Part shown: positions 1 through 14,223 of the stretch, piece by piece
Numbering within the stretch: the stretch's first letter is position 1
Layout of the letters: each line of letters begins with the position of its first letter
Assembly (NCBI RefSeq): GCF_963921235.1
Contig: NC_086097.1
Coordinates: 256,416,636 to 256,436,635 of the forward strand
Length of the DNA stretch: 20,000 nucleotides
Source of the DNA: Mobula hypostoma
Lineage: Eukaryota
Direction: 5' to 3'
Translations under genes and position numbers: made by a program
Notes under the pieces: generated by a model
What the model was told of the DNA's origin: nothing
Seen by the model: only the letters and a program-made list of their open reading frames with translations
The model's database searches: none

Positions 1-1449
1 GCAGGATGAGGACTCAGGACTCAGGGACGAGGATGCAGGGACTCAGGACTGAGGACTCAGGATGGGACGAGGATGCAAGGACTCAGGGACTGAGGGACGA
101 GGGACTCAGGGATGAGGATGAGGGACTCAGGATGGAGGGACTCAGGGACGAGGACTCAGGACTCAGGGACGAGGATGAGGACTCAGGGACTCAGGGACTC
201 AGGACTCAGGGACGAGGACTCAGGACTCAGGGACTGAGGGACTCAGGAGGATGAGGATGGAGGATGAGGGACGAGGACTCAGGATGCAGGACTCAGGGAC
301 GAGGGACTCAGGGACGAGGACTCAGGATGGACGACTCAGGGACTCAGGGACGAGGATGGAGGGACTCAGGGACTCAGGATGCAGGGACGAGGGACTCAGG
401 GACTCAGGACGAGGATGAGGGACGAGGACGAGGATGGAGGGACGAGGATGAGGGACGAGGATGAGGACTCAGGATGGAGGATGGAGGATGAGGGACTCAG
501 GACTCAGGGACGAGGGACGAGGGACTCAGGATGGAGGGACTCAGGGACTCAGGGACGAGGGACGAGGATGAGGGACTCAGGGACTCAGGGACTGAGGGAC
601 GAGGGACGAGGATGGAGGGACGAGGATGAGGATGAGAGGATGAGGACTCAGGATGAGGATGGAGGGACGAGGACGAGGATGGAGGGACGAGGATGGAGGA
701 CGAGGATGGAGGGACTCAGGACGAGGATGGAGGGACGAGGGACGAGGGACTCAGGATGGAGGGACTCAGGGATGAGGACGAGGGACTGAGGACTCAGGAT
801 GGAGGGACGAGGATGGAGGGACTCAGGGACGAGGATGAGGACGAGGATGCAGGACTCAGGGACGAGGATGAGGATGGAGGGACGAGGATGGAGGGACTCA
901 GGGACGAGGACGAGGGACGAGGACTCAGGGACGAGGGACGAGGATGGAGGGACGAGGACGAGGACGAGGACTCAGGGACGAGGATGAGGACTCAGGAGAG
1001 GACTCAGGGACTCAGGGACGAGGACGAGGGACGAGGGACGAGGATGCAGGGACTGAGGACGAGGATGGAGGGACTCAGGGACGAGGACTCAGGGACTCAG
1101 GGACGAGGATGGAGGACTCAGGACTCAGGGACGAGGACTCAGGATGGAGGATGCAGGACTCAGGATGAGGGACGAGGATGAGGGACTCAGGGACGAGGAT
1201 GAGGACGAGGACTCAGGGACGAGGGACGAGGATGGAGGACGAGGACTCAGGGACGAGGATGAGGGACGAGGATGAGGACTCAGGAGGACGAGGGACTCAG
1301 GGATGGAGGGACGAGGGATGAGGACTGAGGACTCAGGATGCAGGGACTGAGGACTCAGGACTGAGGACTGAGGATGGAGGGACTCAGGACGAGGACTCAG
1401 GATGAGGACTCAGGATGCAGGGACTCAGGACTCAGGGACTCAGGATGCA

Positions 1450-1483
1450 GGGACGAGGGACTCAGGGACTCAGGGACTGAGGG
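1450..1483 (+). other. Putative G-quadruplex motif (five GGG tracts)
   Basis: GGG-ACGA-GGG-ACTCA-GGG-ACTCA-GGG-ACTGA-GGG read directly from the sequence. Confidence 0.55.
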
Positions 1484-4400
1484 ACTCAGGACTCAGGGAC
1501 TCAGGGACTCAGGATGAGGATGCAGGGACGAGGACTCAGGGACGAGGACTCAGGGACTCAGGACTCAGGGACTGAGGGACTCAGGATGCAGGGACGAGGA
1601 CGAGGACTCAGGATGGAGGATGAGGACTCAGGGACTCAGGATGGAGGGACTCAGGGACTGAGGACTAGGGACTCAGGACTGAGGACTCAGGATGAGGGAC
1701 GAGGATGCAGGGACTCAGGGATGCAGGGACGAGGACTCAGGACGAGGGACTGAGGACTCAGGGACGAGGACTCAGGACTGAGGATGCGGACTCAGGGACG
1801 AGGACTCAGGGACTCAGGATGCAGGATGCAGGGATGGAGGATGGAGGATGAGGATGAGGACTGGAGGGACTCAGGGACGAGGACTCAGGGACTGAGGGAC
1901 TCAGGGATGCAAGGACGAGGACTCAGGGACGAGGGACGAGGATGAGGACTCAGGGACGAGGGACTCAGGGACTCAGGATGCAGGGACGAGGATGAGGACT
2001 CAGGGACGAGGATGGAGGGACTCAGGACTCAGGGACTGAGGATGGAGGATGGAGGACTGAGGACTCAGGACTCAGGGACTCAGGATGAGGATGAGGGACG
2101 AGGGATGAGGACTCAGGATGGAGGATGGAGGGACGAGGATGAGGATGCAGGGATGGAGGGACTCAGGATGGAGGACTCAGGATGAGGATGGAGGGACGAG
2201 GACTCAGGATGGAGGATGGAGGGACTCGAGGACGAGGATGAGGGACGAGGACGAGGACTCAGGGACGAGGGACTGAGGATGAGGACTCAGGGACGAGGAC
2301 TCAGGATGCAGGGACTCAGGGACGAGGATGGAGGGACTCAGGGACGAGGATGAGGATGAGGGACTCAGGATGCGGACGAGGATGCAGGGACTGAGGACTC
2401 AAGGACGAGGGGACTCAGGGACTCAGGGACGAGGGACTCAGGATGAGGACTCAGGGACTCAGGGATGAGGACGAGGGACGAGGGACTCAAGGACTCAGGG
2501 ACTCAGGGACGAGGGACTCAGGGACTGAGGACTCAGGGACTCAGGACTCAGGATGAGGGACGAGGATGGAGGATGAGGGACTCAGGGACTCAGGGACGAG
2601 GATGCAGGGACTGAGGATGCAGGGACTCAGGGACGAGGATCAGGGACTCAGGGACTCAGGACTCAGGGACGAGGACTCAGGATGCAGGGACTCAGGGATG
2701 AGGACGAGGATGGAGGACGAGGACTCAGGATGCAAGGGACGAGGATGAGGACTCAGGGACTCAGGGACTGAGGACGAGGACTCAGGGACTCAGGGACGAG
2801 GGACGAGGATGCAGGGACTCAGGGACTCAGGGACTCAGGATGGAGGGACGAGGACTCAGGGACTCAGGATGAGGACGAGGGACGAGGATGGAGGGACGAG
2901 GATGCAGGGACGAGGGACGAGGACTCAGGACTCAGGGACTGAGGATGGGAGGACTGAGGGACGAGGATGAGGGACTCAGGACTCAGGACGAGGGACTCAG
3001 GGACGAGGATGGAGGATGAGGGACGAGGACGAGGATGCAGGATGAGGACTCAGGGACGAGGATGAGGACTCAGGGACTCAGGGACGAGGATGAGGGACGA
3101 GGACGAGGATGAGGACTCAGGGATGGAGGACGAGGACGAGGGACTCAGGATGGAGGGACGAGGATGAGGACTGAGGGATGAGGATGGACGAGGACTCAGG
3201 GACGAGGATGAGGACGAGGATGGAGGACGAGGATGAGGGACGAGGACTCAGGATGGAGGGACTCAGGGACGAGGGACTCAGGGACGAGGATGAGGACTCA
3301 GGGACTCAGGATGAGGGACTCAGGATGAGGGACTCAGGATGAGGGACGAGGACTCAGGACTGAGGGACGAGGATGAGGATGGAGGATGAGGGACTCAGGA
3401 TGAGGGACTCAGGATGAGGACGAGGAGGGACGAGGATGGAGGGACGAGGACTCAGGGACTCAGGATGAGGGACTCAGGATGGAGGGACGAGGATGAGGAT
3501 GAGGGACTCAGGGACGAGGATGGAGGACTCAGGATGAGGGACTCAGGATGAGGATGAGGGACGAGGGACGAGGATGGAGGACTCAGGGACGAGGATGAGG
3601 ACTCAGGATGAGGGACTCAGGGACGAGGACTCAGGGACGAGGATGAGGGACTCAGGACGAGGACTCAGGATGAGGGACGAGGACTCAGGGACGAGGATGG
3701 AGGGACGAGGGACGAGGGACGAGGATGAGGGACGAGGATGAGGACTCAGGGACGAGGATGAGGGACTCAGGGACGAGGATGGAGGGACGAGGATGAGGAT
3801 GAGGGACTCAGGACTCAGGGACGAGGACTCAGGATGAGGGACTCAGGACGAGGATGAGGACTGAGGACTCAGGGACTCAGGACTCAGGGACTAGGGATGG
3901 AGGACTCAGGGACTGAGGACTCAGGGACTCAGGACGAGGACTCAGGGACGAGGACTCAGGACTCAAGGGACGAGGATGAGGGACTCAGGATGGAGGGACT
4001 CAGGATGGAGGACTCAGGATGAGGGACGAGGACTCAGGACGAGGGACTGAGGGACTCAGGGACTCAGGAACTCAGGACTCAGGGACTCAGGATGCAGGAT
4101 GCAGGGACTCAGGGACTCAGGGACTCAGGATGAGGGACTCAGGACTCAGGGACTGAGGACTCAGGATGGAGGGACGAGGACTCAGGATGAGGGACTGAGG
4201 GACTCAGGAAGGGACTGAGGATGGAGGGACTCAGGGACTCAGGGACTCAGGATGAGGACTCAGGGACTCAGGGACGAGGATGAGGATGCAGGGACTCAGG
4301 ATGGACGGGATGAGGATGCAGGACTGCAGGGACTCAGGGACTCAGGGACTCAGGATGGACGAGGATGGGACGAGGATGCAGGATGAGGGACTCAGGGACT

Positions 4401-5243
4401 GAGGGACTCAGGACTCAGGGATGGAGGGACGAGGGACTCAGGACTGAGGATGCAGGGACGAGGGATCAGGGACTCAGGGACGAGGATGCAGGATGGAGGG
4501 ACTCAGGGACGAGGATGAGGACTGAGGACTCAGGGATGGAGGACTCAGGGACGAGGATGGAGGATGAGGACTCAAGGGACTCAGGGACGAGGATGAGGAC
4601 TCAGGATGGAGGGACGAGGATGGAGGATGGAGGGACTCAGGGACTCAGGGATGGAGGATGAGGGACTCAGGATGGAGGACTCAGGATGCAGGGATGAGGA
4701 CGAGGACTCAGGATGGAGGGACTCAGGATGGAGGGACTCAGGACGAGGACTGAGGGACGAGGATGAGGGATGGAGGATGGAGGGACTCAGGGACGAGGAT
4801 GAGGATGGAGGATCAGGATGAGGATGGAGGGATGAGGGACGAGGACTCGGACGAGGATGAGGACTCAGGATGGAGGGACTCAGGGACTCAGGATGAGGAC
4901 GAGGATGGAGGGACGAGGGACGAGGACTCAGGACTCAGGGACTCAGGATGAGGATGAGGGACTCAGGATGGAGGACGAGGGACGAGGATGGAGGACTCAG
5001 GGACTCAGGGACGAGGACTCAGGATGGAGGGACGAGGGATGAGGATGAGGACTCAGGGACGAGGATGGAGGACTCAGGACTCAAGGGACTCAGGATGAGG
5101 ACTCAGGATGCAGGGACGAGGATGGAGGGACGAGGATGAGGATGGAGGACGAGGGACGAGGGACTCAGGGACTCGAGGACTCAGGGACGAGGACTCAGGA
5201 TGAGGGACGAGGATGAGGATGAGGACTCAGGGACGAGGACTGA

Positions 5244-5294
5244 GGGACTCAGGGACTGAGGGACTCAGGGATGCAGGGACTCAGGGACTCAGGG
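5244..5294 (+). other. Putative G-quadruplex motif: seven GGG tracts at exact 8-bp spacing
   Basis: GGG at 5244, 5252, 5260, 5268, 5276, 5284 and 5292 with 5-nt loops (ACTCA/ACTGA/ATGCA). Matches the G3N1-7 x4 pattern; folding is not shown. Confidence 0.6.
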
Positions 5295-8200
5295 ACTGAG
5301 GACTCAGGGACTCAGGGACTCAGGACTCAGGATGCAGGACTCAGGGACTCAGGGACGAGGGACTCAGGACTCAGGACTCAGGGACTCAGGGACGAGGACT
5401 CAGGGACTGAGGATGAGGATGGAGGACTGCAGGACTCAGGGACTCAGGATGCAGGATGGAGGGACTCAGGGACTCAGGGACTGAGGATGGCAGGGACTCA
5501 GGGACGAGGATGGAGGGACTCAGGGACTCAGGAGGACGAGGATGAGGGACTCAGGACTCAGGGATGCAGGGACTCAGGGACTGAGGGACTCAGGGACGAG
5601 GACTCAGGGACGAGGATGGAGGGACTCAGGGACTCAGGACTCAGGGACGAGGATGAGGACTCAGGGACGAGGGACTCAGGGACTGAGGGACTGAGGATGA
5701 GGGACGAGGATGCAGGATGGAGGACTCAGGGACGAGGATGGAGGGACGAGGGACGAGGGACTCAGGACTGAGGATCAGGATGAGGACTCAGGGACTCAGG
5801 GACTGAGGGACGAGGATGAGGACTCAGGGACGAGGATGGAGGACTCAGGATGCAGGGACGAGGATGGAGGGACTCAGGATGGAGGGACGAGGACTCAGGA
5901 TGAGGGACTGAGGGACTCAGGACGAGGGACGAGGATGGAGGATGAGGGACGAGGACGAGGACTCAGGGATGAGGGACGAGGATGCAGGGACTCAGGGACG
6001 AGGACTCAGGGACTCAGGGACTGAGGATGCAGGATCGAGGACGAGGATGGAGGGACGAGGGACGAGGGACTGAGGGACTCAGGGATGAGGGACGAGGACT
6101 GAGGGACTCAGGGACTCAGGATGGACGAGGACTCAGGGACTCAGGACGAGGACTCAGGGACGAGGATGGAGGACGAGGAGGGACTCAGGATGAGGACGAG
6201 GGACGAGGGACTCAGGACGAGGATGAGGACGAGGACTCAGGGATGAGGGACGAGGGACGAGGATGGAGGGATGAGGGACTCAGGATGGAGGGACGAGGGA
6301 CTCAGGGATGGAGGGATGAGGACTCAGGGACTCAGGATGAGGATGGAGGGACGAGGATGAGGGACGAGGATGGAGGATGGAGGATGAGGACTCAGGACTC
6401 AGGGACGAGGATGCAGGGACTCAGGATGAGGGACGAGGGACTCAGGGATGAGGACGAGGATGAGGATGAGGACTCAGGACTCAGGGACGAGGATGAGGGA
6501 CTGAGGGACTCAGGACTCAGGACTCAGGGACGAGGGACGAGGGACTCAGGGACTCAGGGACTCAGGACTCAGGGATGAGGATGGAGGGACGAGGATGGAG
6601 GATGCAGGATGAGGGACGAGGACTCAGGGACTCAGGACTGAGGACTCAGGGACTGAGGACTCAGGGATGAGGATGAGGGACTCAGAGGATGCAGGGACGA
6701 GGATGAGGACTCAGGATCAGGGACGAGGATGAGGGACTCAGGGACGAGGGACTCAGGACTCAGGGACGAGGGACTGAGGGACGAGGACTCAGGGACTCAG
6801 GATGGAGGACGAGGATGCAGGGATGAGGACTCAGGGACTGAGGGACGAGGGACTCAGGATGGAGGACTCAGGGACGAGGGATGCAGGGACTCAGGACTCA
6901 GGGACGAGGGACTCAGGATGGAGGGACGAGGATGAGGGACTGAGGGACTCAGGACTCAGGGACTCAGGGACTCAGGGACTCAGGATGGAGGGACGAAGGG
7001 ACTCAGGATGCAGGATGAGGACTCAGGGACGAGGATGGAGGGACGAGGACTCAGGGACTCAGGGACTGAGGATGCAGGGACTCAGGATGAGGGATGAGGA
7101 CTCAGGGACTGAGGGACGAGGATGGAGGGACTCAGGGACTGAGGACTCAGGGACGAGGACTCAGGGACTCAGGATGGAGGACGAGGATGAGGGACGAGGA
7201 CTCAGGATGAGGGACTGAGGACTCAGGGACTCAGGACTCAGGGACTGAGGACGAGGATGGAGGGACTCAGGGACTCAGGGACTCAGGATGAGGGACTCAG
7301 GGATGAGGGACGAGGATGCAGGGACTCAGGATGGACGAGGATGCAGGGATGAGGACTCAGGGACGAGGGACTCAGGGATGAGGATGGAGGATGAGGGACG
7401 AGGACGAGGACTCAGGGACTCAGGGACGAGGACTCAGGATGCAGGACTCAGGACTGAGGGACTCAGGGACTCAAGGGACGAGGACTCAGGATGGAGGATG
7501 AGGACTCAGGGACGAGGATGAGGGATGGAGGATGGAGGGACGAGGGACGAGGATGAGGACTCAGGAGGGACTCAGAGGGACTCAGGGACTCAGGATGAGG
7601 ACTCAGGGACTGAGGATGGAGGGACGAGGGACTCAGGATGAGGATCAAGGGACTCAGGGACTCAGGACTCAGGATGAGGACTCAGGGACTCAGGATGAGG
7701 GACGAGGGACTCAGGATGAGGATGAGGATGGAGGGACGAGGACTCAGGATGAGGACTCAGGGACTCAGGGACTCAGGACTCAGGGACTCAGGATGAGGAT
7801 GGAGGACTCAGGGACTGAGGATGCAGGGACTCAGGGACTCAGGGACTCAGAGGACTCAGGGACTCAGGATGGAGGACTCAGGACTCGAGGATGAGGGACG
7901 AGGATGAGGGATGAGGATGAGGGACGAGGGACTCAGGGACGAGGACGAGGGATGCAGGGACTCAGGGACTCAGGATGAGGACTCAGGGACTCAGGATGAG
8001 GATGCAGGACTCAGGACGAGGATGAGGATGAGGACTCAGGGACGAGGATGAGGATGGAGGGACGAGGACTCAGGATCAGGGACGAGGGATGAGGGACGAG
8101 GATGGAGGGATGAGGGACTCAGGGACTCAGGATGGAGGGACTCAGGATGCAGGGACGAGGATGAGGACGAGGGACGAGGATGAGGACTCAGGGACTGAGG

Positions 8201-10859
8201 ATGCAGGACTCGGACTCAGGGACGAGGGACGAGGATGAGGATGGAGGGACGAGGGACTCAGGGACTCAGGATGGAGGACTCAGGATGAGGATGAGGGATG
8301 AGGGACTCAGGACTCAGGATGAGGGACGAGGACTCAGGATCGAGGACGAGGATGGAGGGACGAGGACTGAGGGACGAGGATGGAGGATGAGGATCGAGGA
8401 CTGAGGGATGGAGGACTCAGGGACGAGGATGGAGGACTCAGGATGAGGACGAGGATGGAGGGACGAGGGACTCAGGATGGAGGATGAGGGACTCAGGGAC
8501 GAGGATGGAGGGACGAGGATGGAGGATGAGGACTCAGGGACTCAGGATGAGGATGGAGGACTCAGGATGAGGGACGAGGGACGAGGACGAGGATGAGGAC
8601 GAGGGATGAGGGACGAGGATGGAGGGACGAGGACGAGGGACTCAGGGACGAGGACTCAGGACGAGGATGGAGGGACTCAGGATGAGGGACGAGGATGAGG
8701 ACTCAGGACGAGGACGAGGGACTCAGGGATGAGGATGAGGACTCAGGACGAGGGACGAGGACTCAGGGACTCAGGATGAGGATGCAGGGACTCAGGGACG
8801 AGGATGAGGAGGACTCAGGGGATGAGGACTCAGGATGAGGATGAGGAGGATGAGGAAGGACGAGGACTCAGGACGAGGGACGAGGATGAGGACGAGGACT
8901 CAGGGACTCAGGGACGAGGATGAGGACGAGGACTGAGGACGAGGATGAGGATGAGGATGAGGATGGAGGACTCAGGATGGAGGATGAGGGACTCAGGGAC
9001 TCAGGGACGAGGATGGAGGGACGAGGATGGAGGACTCAGGATGGAGGGACGAGGATGAGGACTCAGGGATGGAGGGACGAGGGACTCAGGACTCAGGGAC
9101 GAGGGACTCAGGGACGAGGGACTCAGGGACTCAGGATGAGGATGGAGGATGAGGACTCAGGGACTCAGGACTCAGGGACGAGGATGGAGGGACGAGGACT
9201 CAAGGATGAGGACTCAGGGACTCAGGGACGAGGACTCAGGACTCAGGACTCAGGGACTCAGGATGAGGGACTGAGGGACTGAGGGACGAGGATGAGGATG
9301 AGGGACGAGGACTCAGGGACGAGGGACTCAGGGAGGACTCAGGATGAGGGACTCAGGACTCAGGACTCAGGGACGAGGATGAGGATGAGGGATGGAGGAC
9401 TCAGGATGGAGGACTCAGGGACTCAGGGACGAGGACTCAGGGATGAGGACGAGGATGGAGGGACTCAGGATGCAGGGACTGAGGACTGAGGACTCAAGGG
9501 ATGAGGACTCAGGGACTCAGGATGAGGGACTCAGGATGGAGGGACGAGGACTCAGGGACTCAGGGATGAGGACTCAGGATGAGGACTGAGGGACTCAGGG
9601 ACTCAGGATGGAAGGGACGAGGACTCAGGATGAGGACTCAGGACTCAGGGACTCAGGGACTCAGGATGGAGGGACTCAGGGACTGAGGGACGAGGACTGA
9701 GGATGCAGGGACTGAGGGACTCAGGACTCAGGATGGAGGGACTGAGGACTCAGGATGAGGACTCAGGACTCAGGGACGAGGATGAGGATGAGGGACGAGG
9801 GACTCAGGATGCAGGATGGAGGACTCAGGGACTCAGGGACTGAGGATGGAGGGACGAGGACTCAGGGACTCAGGGATGGAGGACTCAGGGACTCAGGGAC
9901 TCAGGGACTCAGGAGGATGAGGACTCAGGATGAGGATGAGGACTCAGGGACTCAGGATGAGGATGGAGGACTCAGGATGGAGGACGAGGGACGAGGGACT
10001 CAGGACTCAGGGACGAGGGATGAGGACTCAGGGATGGACGAGGACGAGGATGAGGACTCAGGACTCAGGGACTCAGGACTCAGGACTCAGGGATGAGGAC
10101 TCAGGATGAGGATGCAGGGACGAGGATGAGGATGGAGGGACGAGGATGAGGACTGAGGACTCAGGAGGACGAGGATGGAGGGACTCAGGGACTGGAGGAC
10201 TCAGGGACTCAGGATGGAGGGACGAGGGACGAGGATGGAGGGACTCAGGGACTGAGGGACGAGGATGGAGGACGAGGACTCAGGGACGAGGATGAGGACG
10301 AGGGACGAGGACTCAGGATGAGGGACGAGGACGAGGGACTCAGGGACGAGGATGAGGACGAGGATGGAGGGATGAGGACTCAGGGATGAGGACGAGGATG
10401 AGGACGAGGGACTCAGGATGAGGACGAGGATGAGGATGGAGGACTCAGGATGGAGGGACGAGGATGGAGGATCAGGACTCAGGATGGAGGGACGAGGATG
10501 AGGACTCAGGATGAGGACGAGGACTCAGGGACGAGGATGGAGGACTCAGGACGAGGACGAGGACTCAGGATGAGGACGAGGACGAGGATGGAGGATGAGG
10601 ATGGAGGGACGAGGATGAGGACGAGGACTCAGGATGAGGGACGAGGATGAGGACGAGGATGAGGACTCAGGACTCAGGACGAGGACGAGGATGAGGGACG
10701 AGGATGGAGGACGAGGATGAGGAGGACTCAGGATGCAGGATGGAGGACGAGGACGAGGACGAGGACTCAGGATGAGGATGAGGATGGAGGACTCGAGGAC
10801 GAGGATCAGGATGAGGACAGGGACGAGGATGAGGACTCAGGATGAGGACGAGGATGGAG

Positions 10860-10898
10860 GGACTCAGGATGAGGACTCAGGATGAGGACTCAGGATGA
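10860..10898 (+). repeat. Local perfect tandem (GGACTCAGGATGA)x3, 13-bp two-word unit
   Basis: Copies at 10860-10872, 10873-10885 and 10886-10898. Confidence 0.85.
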
Positions 10899-12453
10899 GG
10901 ACGAGGACGAGGACTCAGGATGAGGACGAGGATGAGGATGAGGACTCAGGACTCAGGATGAGGACTCAGGATGAGGACGAGGATGAGGATGAGGACTCAG
11001 GATGAGGATGCAGGGACTCAGGATGAGGACTCAGGACTCAGGATGAGGATGAGGATGGAGGATGAGGACTCAGGGATGAGGATGAGGATGGAGGATGAGG
11101 ACTCAGGATGAGGATGAGGACGAGGATGAGGATGAGGGACGAGGACTGAGGATGAGGACGAGGACTCAGGATGCAGGGACTCAGGATGGAGGACTCAGGG
11201 ACGAGGACTGAGGGACGAGGACTCAGGATGAGGACTCAGGACTCAGGGACTCAGGATGAGGACTGAGGACTCAGGGACTCAGGGACTCAGGATGGAGGGA
11301 CTGAGGACGAGGACTCAGGATGAGGACTCAGGGACTCAGGACTCAGGGACGAGGATGAGGGACTCAGGACTCAGGGACTCAGGACTGAGGATAGGACTGA
11401 GGGACTGAGGACTCAGGACTCAGGATGGAGGACTCAGGGACTCAGGGACTCAGGACTCAGGGACTGAGGATGAGGATGGAGGACTGAGGACTCAGGGACT
11501 CAGGACGAGGACTCAGGATGGAGGATGAGGACTCAGGATGAGGACTCAGGGACGAGGACTCAGGGACTAGGACGAGGGACGAGGATGCAGGGACTGGAGG
11601 ACGAGGGACTGAGGATGAGGATGAGGATGAGGGACTCAGGATGAGGACTCAGGGACGAGGATGAGGATGAGGATGGACTCAGGACGAGGATGAGGACTCA
11701 GGGATGAGGGACTCAGGGACGAGGGATGAGGATGAGGGACTCAGGATGAGGACGAGGATGAGGATGCAGGGACGAGGGACGAGGACGAGGATGCAGGATG
11801 AGGATGAGGATGGAGGGACGAGGATGAGGGACTCAGGATGAGGATGGAGGGACGAGGATGAGGACGAGGACTCAGGATGAGGATGAGGACGAGGATGAGG
11901 ATGAGGGACGAGGATGGAGGACTCAGGATGAGGATGGAGGATGAGGATGAGGACTCAGGATGAGGACTCAGGATGAGGATGAGGACGAGGATGGAGGATG
12001 AGGACGAGGATGGAGGACTCAGGACTCAGGGACTCAGGACTCAGGACTCAGGATGAGGGACGAGGATGAGGACTCAGGGACTCAGGGACGAGGATGAGGA
12101 CGAGGATGAGGGACGAGGGACGAGGACTCAGGATGAGGACTGAGGACTCAGGGACGAGGATGAGGATGGAGGATGGAGGGACGAGGATGAGGACTCAGGA
12201 TGAGGATGAGGATGAGGACTCAGGGACTCAGGGACGAGGGACTCAGGGACGAGGATGAGGGACGAGGACTCAGGATGAGGATGCAGGGACTGAGGATGAG
12301 GGACGAGGACTCAGGGACGAGGACTCAGGATGGAGGACTCAGGACTCAGGGACGAGGATGACGAGGATGGAGGACTCAGGGACGAGGATGAGGGACTCAG
12401 GATGGAGGACGAGGATGGAGGACGAGGACTCAGGGACTCAGGACGAGGATGGA

Positions 12454-12492
12454 GGACTCAGGATGAGGACTCAGGATGAGGACTCAGGATGA
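12454..12492 (+). repeat. Local perfect tandem (GGACTCAGGATGA)x3, 13-bp two-word unit
   Basis: Copies at 12454-12466, 12467-12479 and 12480-12492. Confidence 0.85.
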
Positions 12493-14191
12493 GGATGCAG
12501 GGACTCAGGGACTCAGGATGAGGACTGAGGACTCAGGGACGAGGATGGAGGACTGAGGACTGAGGACTCAGGATGGAGGGACTCAGGACTCAGGACTCAG
12601 GACTGAGGATGAGGGACTCAGGATGAGGGACTCAGGATGCAGGATGGAGGACTCAGGGACTCAGGACTCAGGGACTCAGGATGAGGACGAGGATGGAGGG
12701 ACTCAGAGGACTCAGGGACTCAGGACTGAGGACTCAGGGACTCAGGATGCAGGGACGAGGATGAGGACTCAGGATGAGGACTCAGGGACTCAGGATGGAG
12801 GGACTCAGGGACGAGGACTGAGGACTCAGGGACGAGGATGAGGATGAGGGACGAGGGACTCAGGGACTCAGGGACTCAGGATGACGAGGATGAGGACTCA
12901 GGATGAGGACGAGGGACTCAGGGACTGAGGATGAGGGACTCAGGATGAGGGACGAGGATGGAGGATGGAGGACGAGGACGAGGATGAGGACGAGGACTCA
13001 GGATGGAGGACTCAGGATGAGGATGAGGATGCAGGGACTGAGGGACTCGAGGACTCAGGAGGACGAGGACTGAGGACGAGGGACGAGGATCTCAGGGACG
13101 AGGGACTCAGGGACGAGGATGAGGGACTCAGGGACGAGGAGAGGATGGAGGGACTCAGGATGAGGACTCAGGATGAGGGACGAGGGACTCAGGAGGAAGG
13201 GACTGGAGGGACTGAGGGACTCAGGGACTCAGGGACGAGGATGGAGGGACTCAGGACTCAGGATGGAGGATGAGGACTCAGGATGGAGGGACTCAGGGAC
13301 GAGGATGCAGGATGAGGATGGAGGGACTCAGGATGAGGACGAGGACTGAGGGACGAGGATGAGGATGAGGATGAGGGACTCAGGGACGAGGATGGAGGAC
13401 TCAGGGATGAGGATGGAGGGACGAGGATGAGGGATGAGGGATGAGGACTCAGGATGAGGATGAGGACTCAGGATGAGGACTCAGGGACTCAGGACTCAAG
13501 GGACGAGGATGAGGACTCAGGACTCAGGGACTCAGGACTGAGGATGGAGGGACTCAGGATGAGGATGAGGATGGAGGGACTCAGGATGAGGACTCAGGAC
13601 GAGGGACGAGGACTGAGGACGAGGACTCAGGATGGAGGGACTCAGGGACTCAGGATGAGGACTCAGGGACTCAGGATGAGGATGAGGACTCAGGGACTCA
13701 GAGGACTGAGGATGAGGATGAGGATGCAGGATGAGGACTCAGGGACTCAGGGACTCAGGGACTGAGGATGGAGGGACGAGGATGAGGACTCAGGATGAGG
13801 ATGAGGACTCAGGATGCAGGGACGAGGATGACGAGGACTCAGGATGAGGACTCAGGGACTCAGGGACTCAGGATGAGGACTCAGGACTGAGGACTCAGGA
13901 CTCAGGACTCAGGATGAGGACTCAGGACTCAGGATGAGGATGAGGGACGAGGATGGGACTCAGGGACGAGGACTGAGGATGAGGGACTCAGGGACTCAGG
14001 ATGGAGGACGAGGATGAGGACTCAGGATGAGGACTGGAGGGACGAGGACTCAGGGACTGAGGACTCAGGATGAGGACGAGGATGGAGGACTCAGGGACGA
14101 GGACTCAGGGACTCAGGATGAGGGACGAGGGACGAGGACTCAGGATGAGGATGGATGAGGACGAGGATGAGGACTCAGGATGAGGACGAGG

Positions 14192-14223
14192 ACTCAGGGA
14201 CTCAGGGACTCAGGGACTCAGGG
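14192..14223 (+). repeat. Perfect (ACTCAGGG)x4 run, also a canonical G4 motif
   Basis: Four exact 8-mers giving four GGG tracts with ACTCA loops. Confidence 0.85.

Noticed and set aside
7463..7648. Single minus-strand ORF (61 aa, S/P/L-rich)
   Set aside because: It is only the reverse complement of the repeat, apparently opened by an alternative start created by a rare CAA indel variant. There is no evidence of coding.
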